From Candidatus Poribacteria bacterium (GTDB taxonomy: Bacteria; Poribacteria; WGA-4E; WGA-3G): a stretch of 64,000 nucleotides of DNA. Below are positions 37,266 through 45,600 of the stretch, one piece after another. The DNA lies in the NCBI GenBank assembly GCA_964291315.2, contig OZ219753.1:800001-864000 (forward strand), read 5' to 3'. Under the pieces are notes generated by a model. It worked only from the letters and a program-made list of their open reading frames with translations, searched no databases and was not told the origin of the DNA. Each line of letters begins with the position of its first letter. Position 1 is the stretch's first letter. A program made the position numbers and the translations under genes.

Positions 37266-37478
37266 AGTTTTTCCTTTCGGCTGCTCATGTTGGAAGATAG
37301 GGTGCAGCTTCGATTGTTCGATTGAGATAAGGTTTGTTGTCAGAGTTCTTATTTCGGAAAAAAACTTGACTTTTGTCTATGTAGCGGTTAAAATTTACCA
37401 AAATTTTGTATTTTTATCAACAAACTTTTCAATAGTAGTTGGGATTTATGGATATGCTGAAATGGAGGATGGTTTTAT

Positions 37479-37793
37479 ATGCCTACATACGAGTATAAGT
37501 GCCTTGCCTGTGATGTGCGTTTTGATCGGTTTCAGGGCATTACTGCCGCGCCGATTAAGGCGTGTCCGGAGTGTCATGGCAAGGTGAAGCGGCTGATTGG
37601 TGCTGGTGCTGGTTTGATTTTCAGAGGTTCGGGGTTTTACACCACGGATTACCGCAGTGAGGGTTATAAAGAATCTGCGGAGAAAGAGAAAAGTGGTTCG
37701 TCGGACAAAGGGAAATCGGACAAAGGCGAAAAAAAAGAGAAGAAGACGGATACGGGTAGCGAATCGAAGAACGCCTCTACGGATTCGGATTAA
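37479..37793 (+). CDS. FmdB-family zinc-ribbon protein
   Basis: MPTYEYKC..C, CPEC, FRGSGFYTTDY and a Lys/Ser-rich tail. Confidence 0.9.
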   Translation: MPTYEYKCLACDVRFDRFQGITAAPIKACPECHGKVKRLIGAGAGLIFRGSGFYTTDYRSEGYKESAEKEKSGSSDKGKSDKGEKKEKKTDTGSESKNASTDSD

Positions 37794-37847
37794 ACGGGTC
37801 GGCATTATAGGGCGAGGTTCTCTATTCGGTGAAGAAAGGGGGACGTT

Positions 37848-38792
37848 GTGCAGGGTCACAGTCACGATCATCCGCATTCTGGCGATGGGTGCGGGCATGG
37901 GCATCAGACTCATCTTCAGAAGAAGTTCAAGTTTGCAGTCGTTGTGACGTTGTGTGTTTTTCTGTTTGAGCTGATCGGTGGTATCTGGTCAGGGAGTCTG
38001 GCGTTATTAAGCGATGCGGTGCATGTGATGTCGGATGCGTTTTCGCTGTTAATTAGCTGGTTGGCGATTTACCTGTCGACTCGTCCTGCGACTGCGTTTC
38101 GGACGTATGGGTATCATCGGGCGGAGGTGTTCGCTGCTTTTGTGAACGGTGTGTCCCTCATCGCGATCTCTGCTTGGATTTTCTACGAGGCGTATCAGCG
38201 TTACGTGTCTCCGTCGGAGATAAAAGTGGCGGGTATGTTTGTTGTGGCGTGTCTCGGTTTCGTGGGTAACCTGCTTATCTTATGGCGGCTGCATGGTGAG
38301 AGTGATGGCAATCTTAATGTGCGGAGTGCGGTGCTGCATGTGATAGGGGATACGCTCTCTTCGGTGGCTGTGGTGGTTGGTGGTGCGATTATCTATTGGA
38401 CTGGTTGGTATTCGGTTGACGCTTTGCTGAGTTTTCTGATTGGTGGCATTATCCTGATTGGTGCGGTGAATGTGACGCGTGAGGCGGTGCATATCTTGCT
38501 GGAGAATTCGCCGCGGGACGCGGACGCGCACACGGTTGCTGCACATCTTCGAGGCTTAGATATGGTGGAAGATATTCACGATTTGCACATTTGGTCGTTG
38601 TGCTCCAACTATTGTGCGTTGAGTGCGCACGTTGTGGTTTCTGAAGAGGCGGTTGTAGCTCCTGATCGGGTTCTTGAGCGGCTTAACGTCGAGTTGCAGA
38701 CACATTTCGGCATCAGTCATGCCACCTTACAACTTGAGCGGACGGCTTGCGCCCAGGGTGGGAATTTGCTGTGCAATGCGCAGCATTCGTAG
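37848..38792 (+). CDS. Cation diffusion facilitator (CzcD/ZitB-like)
   Basis: His-rich N-terminus, SLALLSDAVHVMSD, TYGYHRAE, NVRSAVLHVIGD and IHDLHIW. Confidence 0.92.
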   Translation: MQGHSHDHPHSGDGCGHGHQTHLQKKFKFAVVVTLCVFLFELIGGIWSGSLALLSDAVHVMSDAFSLLISWLAIYLSTRPATAFRTYGYHRAEVFAAFVNGVSLIAISAWIFYEAYQRYVSPSEIKVAGMFVVACLGFVGNLLILWRLHGESDGNLNVRSAVLHVIGDTLSSVAVVVGGAIIYWTGWYSVDALLSFLIGGIILIGAVNVTREAVHILLENSPRDADAHTVAAHLRGLDMVEDIHDLHIWSLCSNYCALSAHVVVSEEAVVAPDRVLERLNVELQTHFGISHATLQLERTACAQGGNLLCNAQHS

Positions 38793-38807
38793 TTTGGACG
38801 TAGCGTG

Positions 38808-39350
38808 CTATCTGTGTTGTGCTTCTAGACGGTGTGCTTGCCGGATCAGTGCGGGGTTTTTGGCGAATTTTTGGGTTGCCTTAACCAGTCCGGTTACGTG
38901 TGATACCATGTCTTTCTCGACTTGCACGATTCTGTCCATCAGATAGGGTTGATTGCTCTGTTGGATGGCTTGTCGCATAATAGAGAGGAGGTGCATGTAG
39001 ATGGTATCGGCTTCGCTTCCCTCAATGGCGATTGCGATTTCAAATGCTTCGTCGAGTGAAATCTCTCCGCTGTTGACTTTCTGCTCGTGTGCTTTTAGTG
39101 CGTCTGTAATTTGTTGAACGGGTATATCCTCTAATTCCGTTATAGGTGAATCAATGCCGAACGCATCAACAGAGACGGAACGCCCGAAGTCGACGAGGAT
39201 GTAGTGCTGCCATTCCTCCATGCTCATCTGTTCCCAGAAGCGTGCGACCCGTTCGTCAACATCTCCGAGGAGGAGCGAGAGGGCGGCGTATAGTTTTGCT
39301 TGTCGTAGTTCTATATCTTGACAAAGATTAAAGAGTTCTCCTAATGTCAA
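38808..39350 (-). CDS. Ferritin/rubrerythrin-like four-helix protein
   Basis: E..A.LY, EE..H and A..IE..E pattern. Confidence 0.6.
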   Translation of the reverse strand: MTLGELFNLCQDIELRQAKLYAALSLLLGDVDERVARFWEQMSMEEWQHYILVDFGRSVSVDAFGIDSPITELEDIPVQQITDALKAHEQKVNSGEISLDEAFEIAIAIEGSEADTIYMHLLSIMRQAIQQSNQPYLMDRIVQVEKDMVSHVTGLVKATQKFAKNPALIRQAHRLEAQHR

Positions 39351-39378
39351 CTGTTTCTCCTTTAAGTGTGTTGAAGAT

Positions 39379-39485
39379 GCACAGACTCACAGTCTATGCT
39401 ACAAGGGCGTTGCACAGACTCACAGTCTATGCTACAAGAGTATAAGCGCGTTGAAGATGCACAGGAAACTAACAACCTATGCTAC
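39379..39485. repeat. Three tandem GTAG-type REP-like palindromes
   Basis: GCACAGACTCACAGTCTATGCTAC at 39379 and 39412 (identical), degenerate third copy at 39459. Confidence 0.75.
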
Positions 39486-39496
39486 AAGTATCTTGC

Positions 39497-40531
39497 CTAG
39501 TCTAGTGGCAGGGCAATGGTTGTGCCGGTCTGCATGCTTTGTGTGACGGCTTGTGTAAATTCCATATACTTCACGCCTGTTTCAAAGTCGGTGTGGGTTA
39601 TAATTTCTTTGCCACGGATTGCGTTCACGAATTCTTCTTCGACGCGCCAGGTGCCGGCTTCGGTGTCGGGAATATCTATTTCGGTGAGGTTGGGGTTGCT
39701 CTTTTGCCCGGCGAAGAGGCGATTCTGTGAGAAGCGCAAGGTTCCGTTGCTGCCGAAGAGATAGACTTCTGGTGCTCCTGCGAGTCCTGCGACGTTAGAG
39801 ATTTGTAGGTGCAGTTGTGCGCCACAGGCGAGCTCTCCGACGATGTCGATGTGTTCGGGGATTCGGACGGGGCGCATTGTGCCTTCAGGGTCTGGTCGCA
39901 TTTTGACAAAGGTTTTGCCCATGGCGAAAACTTGTGTGGCTTCTCCGACCCATCGGATTAATGCTTCGTACCAGATTCCCATGCTCATGATGTTAAGCCC
40001 GCTGAGGTCGAAGTCTTGTCTCCACTGAAGTGGTGCTTGTGTGTCAAGGAATGTGCCGCCTGCGCGTGTTTCTACGGCGAGTATGTCGCCGATGTATCCT
40101 TCGGCGATGAGGCGTTTTATGGTGTTATCTACTCTGAGCGTCATGGGTGAGGGGACGATTTGGGCGATGAGATGCGTTTTTTGGCGTGATGCGTCGCGCA
40201 TGATATGTGCTTCTTTTGCGTTCATTGCCATTCGGGCTTCACACATCACGTGCTTATCTGCTTCTAGTGCTGCTACGGTAGCGCGGCAGTGCATATAGGG
40301 CCATGTGCCGATGACGATTGCGTTGGTATCTGGGTCGGCGATAGCGTGTTGCCAGTTGTTGTAGGTTTTGGGGATGCCGAACGTATCAGCTACCTGTCGT
40401 GAGGATGCTTCGCTGCGGTTGCAGACGCCGATGATTTCGACGTTTTCGAGGGCTTGTAGTCCGGGAATATGTCGTGATTTTGTATTTGCACCGGCGCCGA
40501 TAATACCGACCTGAATTGTATCTTGTGCCAT
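39497..40531 (-). CDS. Gfo/Idh/MocA family oxidoreductase
   Basis: GIIGAG, IGTWPYMH, KHVMCEARMA. Confidence 0.88.
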   Translation of the reverse strand: MAQDTIQVGIIGAGANTKSRHIPGLQALENVEIIGVCNRSEASSRQVADTFGIPKTYNNWQHAIADPDTNAIVIGTWPYMHCRATVAALEADKHVMCEARMAMNAKEAHIMRDASRQKTHLIAQIVPSPMTLRVDNTIKRLIAEGYIGDILAVETRAGGTFLDTQAPLQWRQDFDLSGLNIMSMGIWYEALIRWVGEATQVFAMGKTFVKMRPDPEGTMRPVRIPEHIDIVGELACGAQLHLQISNVAGLAGAPEVYLFGSNGTLRFSQNRLFAGQKSNPNLTEIDIPDTEAGTWRVEEEFVNAIRGKEIITHTDFETGVKYMEFTQAVTQSMQTGTTIALPLD

Positions 40532-40566
40532 TTATTTTGCTCCTTGGATTTTTTTAGTTGAAAGTG

Positions 40567-40685
40567 GCACAGGCTGCCAGCCTATGCTACAAGTGCGGGG
40601 TATGGAACGAAAGCGCCTCTCTTAACCTTTTTCAAACCCATGTTATTTTAGCAGAAATTCAGAAATATCTCAAGTGGAATTTGGA
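40567..40685. repeat. ~115-bp direct repeat (REP + IS982-type TIR + leftward promoter), copy A
   Basis: Near-identical to 45469-45592. Contains TTGAGA-N17-TAAAAT on the - strand. Confidence 0.8.
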
Positions 40686-40876
40686 TAGGCATACGTCATA
40701 CCTACCGCAGATCATTGTTTATTCTCAAACCTTCATATGTTCGTTAGCTTTCGCCAATAAAATAATGTTTGATGCTGTCAAGCGAAGGGCGTACCCAGCT
40801 ATGTATTCAGGGAAGGAGGTTTAGCGCGGGCTTTACCATTCTCTCTGTCCGTTGTCAAGTTTTTCGCATATGTCAG

Positions 40877-40911
40877 ATGTGAGTTGATAATTGTGTGTCA
40901 AACTCACGTTA
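40877..40911. mobile_element. Minimal IS982-type TIR doublet (empty MITE)
   Basis: GTGAGTTGATAA...GTCAAACTCACGTTA inverted pair. Confidence 0.5.
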
Positions 40912-40955
40912 TTAGAGTTCATAGAGCTTGACAATATTCATACTTACAAGTTATC

Positions 40956-41600
40956 ATGCCTAAAAGAGGCATATACAGAGACACGGGCGGACGCTCAGCC
41001 GGTGCTTGGTGTTGTTAGTGATGTGTGGACTCTTTTTCAGCAGCACACCTGCCGCACAAGGATTTAGTGTAAGCCGGGTAAAACAGTCGACCATTCTGAT
41101 AAAGCATGTGCATGAGCCGCAGTGGGTGGTGACGTATAATTTCACGCACGGCTGTTTCGATAGATTCAAGAGGTCTTGCTAGCACCCAAGGCAAGCAGCC
41201 GTCGTCGTCGATGTCGAGTTTAGATCATCTCCACGGCCAGCCACAGCCGTATATCGCCGAGGACGACAAGAACGGTATTATCTGGATGTATAAGACCCTT
41301 CACGAGGGGCAACGTGATGGCGACTGTTTTTTCCCCGATTATTTGCATGTAGAACGTCGCCGAGGGGACAAGTTCGGTGGTAACTGCGAGCCGCGTTATC
41401 CGTTGATATTTGGGGTGAGGCATGGCGGGGAGGATAATGTGCGGGACCTCTTGCGTGACGGTCCTAATCTCGAGCACAACGCTCGTGACTCTTTCGGCAA
41501 CACAGCGTTGCACTATGCGGTGTTGTTGGAGCGTCCCGCTATAAGCGAGTTGGGCGGAAGTGAAACGCAGGCGATGCGTCCTCCGGATGCCAACCGCTAG
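40956..41600 (+). pseudogene. Decayed secreted ankyrin-repeat protein gene
   Basis: Signal-like CLVLLVMCGLFFSSTPAAQG in one frame, an ankyrin NARDSFGNTALHYAV in ORF 41211-41600, and a deletion joining it to the WAEVKRRR tail also seen at 11750. Confidence 0.6.
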
Positions 41601-41645
41601 CTCGGACTATGGCAGCTCGTCTCAGGTACAACCTAACAGGTTATG

Positions 41646-42638
41646 CTAGAAGGCCGAGTGGTTTGCGTTAGTGTTTCGGCTGCTGTCTAACGCCTCTTGG
41701 AATGCGGTGAGGCTTTCTGTCTGGAGTGCCTCTCTGCGGAGCGCCTTGAGGCGGGGCAGGGCGTGGATCTGCTGGAGTGTGGTTGCCACCTCTGATAAGG
41801 TGCTGCCGCTGAACCGCAGTTCCAAGGTCTCGAGGATGCCTTCTATCAGGCTCTCTCGGGTGCCTTGCTCTCTGCCTTCCTCTCTGCCTTCCTCTCTACC
41901 GCGCTCTATGCCGCGTTCAATGCCTTGCTGAAGGAAATGTTGAATAACCGATGACTCTTGCATGATCGCCTCCATTATCGTCTCACGAATCGAGGAATAC
42001 TCAAATATCAATCCGCTCAGAATGCCTAAATCTGTCAAATACTCACCTTTTGATACACTCTCCGCATACACTGACTCCGCAACCGATACACACCGCCGAA
42101 GCCACGCATCGCCCGACGACGCATCCGCCGAGGGACGCATCAACGGCGTAAACGGGATCAAACCTTTCACACCCGCATCCAGAAAATGAGAGCCTTCTAT
42201 ATCATACAGACGGATCACCTTGTAGCCGATGCGCACCTCATACCCAGGAGCCGATTGCACATACGCTCCAGGATCCCGCCGGCCCGCACGCGGATGCAGG
42301 TAGATGACGTGTGAGTAAATCGGGAGTTGAAACTGCTCTATGCCCCTGCCGATGTAGCCCGCCATCCGATACTGCATCGGCACTGCTCCGCTATCCCGCG
42401 TCTGTATCTCCAAATGCACAATCGCAGGCTCGCCACCCAGACGCACCTCTATGAAACTATCGGCTCTGTTTGATTGGATGGTGGGCTGCTCGGTCTCTAA
42501 GACGCGGATTGCCTCCACGTCTGCTGTGCCGAGGGCGAACTCTGTCCAATCTTGTGGGTTTTGATGGATAATCGCTTTGGAAACAGTATCATATTGGCTA
42601 TGGCGCTTAGGCGTTGAACGCTCTTTTTGCTCTCTCAT
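41646..42638 (-). CDS. Rpn family nuclease copy 2 (330 aa); putative RpnS from 41963
   Basis: Same motifs as copy 1, with an internal GGAGG-N5-ATG. Confidence 0.88.
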   Translation of the reverse strand: MREQKERSTPKRHSQYDTVSKAIIHQNPQDWTEFALGTADVEAIRVLETEQPTIQSNRADSFIEVRLGGEPAIVHLEIQTRDSGAVPMQYRMAGYIGRGIEQFQLPIYSHVIYLHPRAGRRDPGAYVQSAPGYEVRIGYKVIRLYDIEGSHFLDAGVKGLIPFTPLMRPSADASSGDAWLRRCVSVAESVYAESVSKGEYLTDLGILSGLIFEYSSIRETIMEAIMQESSVIQHFLQQGIERGIERGREEGREEGREQGTRESLIEGILETLELRFSGSTLSEVATTLQQIHALPRLKALRREALQTESLTAFQEALDSSRNTNANHSAF

Positions 42639-42906
42639 AGTAGCTGGAATGCTCGGGCGCTCCTTTCTCTTAGCAGGAGTGAGTGTATATGGTATAGTCT
42701 ACCACACACCGATTGCAGAAGTCAAATACAAAACGAAATATCTCTATGAGTGGTGCTCATCTATCTTCCACTGGGCGTGTCTGCTGGTAACACAGCGTTG
42801 CACTATGCGGTGTTGTTGGAGCGTCCCGCTATAGTGGAGCTGTTGCTGGCACATCCGCTAGCTCGGACTATGGCAGCTCGTCTCAGGCACAACCTAACAG
42901 GTTATG

Positions 42907-43923
42907 CTAGAAGGCCGAGTGGTTTGCGTTTGTGTTTCGGCTGCTGTCTAACGCCTCTTGGAATGCGGTGAGGCTTTCTGTCTGGAGTGCCTCTCTGCGG
43001 AGTGCCTTGAGGCGGGGCAGGGCGTGGATCTGCTGGAGTGTGGCTGCCACCTCTGATAAGGTGCTGCCGCTGAACCGCAGTTCCAAGGTCTCGAGGATGC
43101 CTTCTATCAGGCTCTCTCGGGTGCCTTGCTCTCTGCCTTCCTCTCTGCCTTCCTCTCTACCGCGCTCTATGCCGCGTTCAATGCCTTGCTCTATGCCGCG
43201 TTCAATGCCTTGCTGAAGGAAATGTTGAATAACCGATGACTCTTGCATGATCGCCTCCATTATCGTCTCACGAATCGAGGAATACTCAAATATCAATCCG
43301 CTCAGAATGCCTAAATCTGTCAAATACTCACCTTTTGATACACTCTCCGCATACACTGACTCCGCAACCGATACACACCGCCGAAGCCACGCATCGCCCG
43401 ACGACGCATCTGCCGAGGGACGCATCAACGGCGTAAACGGGATCAAACCTTTCACACCCGCATCCAGAAAATGAGAGCCCTCTATATCATACAGACGGAT
43501 CACTTTGTAGCCGATGCGCACCTCATACCCAGGAGCCGATTGCACATACGCTCCAGGATCCCGCCGGCCCGCACGCGGATGCAGGTAGATCACGTGTGAG
43601 TAAATCGGGAGTTGAAACTGCTCTATGCCCCTGCCGATGTAGCCCGCCATCCGATACTGCATCGGCACCGTGCCGCTATCCCGCGTCTGTATCTCCAAAT
43701 GCACAATCGCAGGCTCGCCACCCAGACGCACCTCTATGAAACTATCGGCTCTGTTTGATTGGACGGTCGGCTGCTCGGTCTCTAAGATGCGGATTGCCTC
43801 CACGTCTGCTGTGCCGAGGGCGAACTCTGTCCAATCTTGTGGGTTTTGATGGATAATCGCTTTGGAAACAGTATCATATTGGCTATGGCGCTTAGGCGTT
43901 GAACGCTCTTTTTGCTCTCTCAT
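42907..43923 (-). CDS. Rpn family nuclease copy 3 (338 aa); putative RpnS from 43248
   Basis: As copy 2, with two extra 12-bp repeats. Confidence 0.88.
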   Translation of the reverse strand: MREQKERSTPKRHSQYDTVSKAIIHQNPQDWTEFALGTADVEAIRILETEQPTVQSNRADSFIEVRLGGEPAIVHLEIQTRDSGTVPMQYRMAGYIGRGIEQFQLPIYSHVIYLHPRAGRRDPGAYVQSAPGYEVRIGYKVIRLYDIEGSHFLDAGVKGLIPFTPLMRPSADASSGDAWLRRCVSVAESVYAESVSKGEYLTDLGILSGLIFEYSSIRETIMEAIMQESSVIQHFLQQGIERGIEQGIERGIERGREEGREEGREQGTRESLIEGILETLELRFSGSTLSEVAATLQQIHALPRLKALRREALQTESLTAFQEALDSSRNTNANHSAF

Positions 43924-44191
43924 AGTAGCTGGAATGCTCGGGCGCTCCTTTCTCTTAGCAGGAGTGAGTGTATATGGTATAGTCTACCACACACCGATTG
44001 CAGAAGTCAAATACAAAACGAAATATCTCTATGAGTGGTGCTCATCTATCTTCCACTGGGCGTGTCTGCTGGTAACACAGCGTTGCACTATGCGGTGTTG
44101 TTGGAGCGTCCCGCTATAGTGGAGCTGTTGCTGGCACATCCGCTAGCTCGGACTATGGCAGCTCGTCTCAGGCACAACCTAACAGGTTATG

Positions 44192-45220
44192 CTAGAAGGC
44201 CGAGTGGTTTGCGTTTGTGTTTCGGCTGCTGTCTAACGCCTCTTGGAATGCGGTGAGGCTTTCTGTCTGGAGTGCCTCTCTGCGGAGTGCCTTGAGGCGG
44301 GGCAGGGCGTGGATCTGCTGGAGTGTGGCTGCCACCTCTGATAAGGTGCTGCCGCTGAACCGCAGTTCCAAGGTCTCGAGGATGCCTTCTATCAGGCTCT
44401 CTCGGGTGCCTTGCTCTCTGCCTTCCTCTCTGCCTTCCTCTCTGCCTTCCTCTCTACCGCGCTCTATGCCGCGTTCAATGCCTTGCTCTATGCCGCGTTC
44501 AATGCCTTGCTGAAGGAAATGTTGAATAACCGATGACTCTTGCATGATCGCCTCCATTATCGTCTCACGAATCGAGGAATACTCAAATATCAATCCGCTC
44601 AGAATGCCTAAATCTGTTAGATACTCACCTTTTGATACACTCTCCGCATACACTGACTCCGCAACCGATACACACCGCCGAAGCCACGCATCGCCCGACG
44701 ACGCATCCGCCGAGGGACGCATCAACGGCGTAAACGGGATCAAACCTTTCACACCCGCATCCAGAAAATGAGAGCCTTCTATATCATACAGACGGATCAC
44801 CTTGTAGCCGATGCGCACCTCATACCCAGGAGCCGATTGCACATACGCTCCAGGATCCCGCCGGCCCGCACGCGGATGCAGGTAGATGACGTGAGAGTAA
44901 ATCGGGAGTTGAAACTGCTCGATGCCCCTGCCGATGTAGCCCGCCATCCGATACTGCATCGGCACTGCTCCGCTGTCCCGCGTCTGTATCTCCAAATGCA
45001 CAATCGCAGGCTCGCCGCCCAGACGCACCTCTATGAAACTATCGGCTCTGTTTGATTGGATGGTGGGCTGCTCGGTCTCTAAGACGCGGATTGCCTCCAC
45101 GTCTGCTGTGCCGAGTGCGAACTCTGTCCAATCTTGTGGGTTTTGATGGATAATCGCCTTGGAAACAGTATCATATTGGCTATGGCGCTTAGGCGTTGAA
45201 CGCTCTTTTTGCTCTCTCAT
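44192..45220 (-). CDS. Rpn family nuclease copy 4 (342 aa); putative RpnS from 44545
   Basis: As copy 2, with three extra 12-bp repeats. Confidence 0.88.
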   Translation of the reverse strand: MREQKERSTPKRHSQYDTVSKAIIHQNPQDWTEFALGTADVEAIRVLETEQPTIQSNRADSFIEVRLGGEPAIVHLEIQTRDSGAVPMQYRMAGYIGRGIEQFQLPIYSHVIYLHPRAGRRDPGAYVQSAPGYEVRIGYKVIRLYDIEGSHFLDAGVKGLIPFTPLMRPSADASSGDAWLRRCVSVAESVYAESVSKGEYLTDLGILSGLIFEYSSIRETIMEAIMQESSVIQHFLQQGIERGIEQGIERGIERGREEGREEGREEGREQGTRESLIEGILETLELRFSGSTLSEVAATLQQIHALPRLKALRREALQTESLTAFQEALDSSRNTNANHSAF

Positions 45221-45468
45221 AGTAGCTGGAATGCTCGGGCGCTCCTTTCTCTTAGCAGGAGTGAGTGTATATGGTATAGTCTACCACACACCGATTGCAG
45301 AAGTCAAATACAAAACGAAATATCTCTATGAGTGGTGCTCATCTATCTTCCACTGGGCGTGTCTGCTGGTAACACGGCGTTGCACTATGCGGTGTTGCTG
45401 GAGCATCCTCACGTAGTGGAGCTGTTGCTGGCACATCCGCTAGCTCGGACTATGGCAGCTCGTCTCAG

Positions 45469-45592
45469 GCACAACCTAATAGGTTATGCTACAAGTGCGG
45501 GTTATTATGGAACAAAAGCGCCTCTCTAAAACTTTTTCAAACGCATGTTATTTTAGCAGAAATTCAGAAATATCTCAAGTGGTAATTTGGAC
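45469..45592. repeat. ~115-bp direct repeat, copy B
   Basis: ATGCTACAAGTGCGGG...AAAGCGCCTCTCT...TGTTATTTTAGCAGAAATTCAGAAATATCTCAAGTGG, matching 40584-40680. Confidence 0.8.
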
Positions 45593-45600
45593 TTACAAGG

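Larger units (their letters stand above)
41497..45492. repeat. Tandem array of three ~1.26-1.30-kb units (ankyrin fragment + REP + Rpn gene + promoter) plus a fourth spacer
   Basis: Periods of 1261, 1285 and 1297 bp between Rpn stops/REP ends (41646, 42907, 44192, 45489). Confidence 0.95.

Noticed and set aside
39370-39490. Short direct repeats resembling a mini CRISPR array
   Set aside because: Only 2-3 copies with gaps of 9 and 23 bp, no cas genes, and the unit recurs singly elsewhere as a REP-like palindrome.
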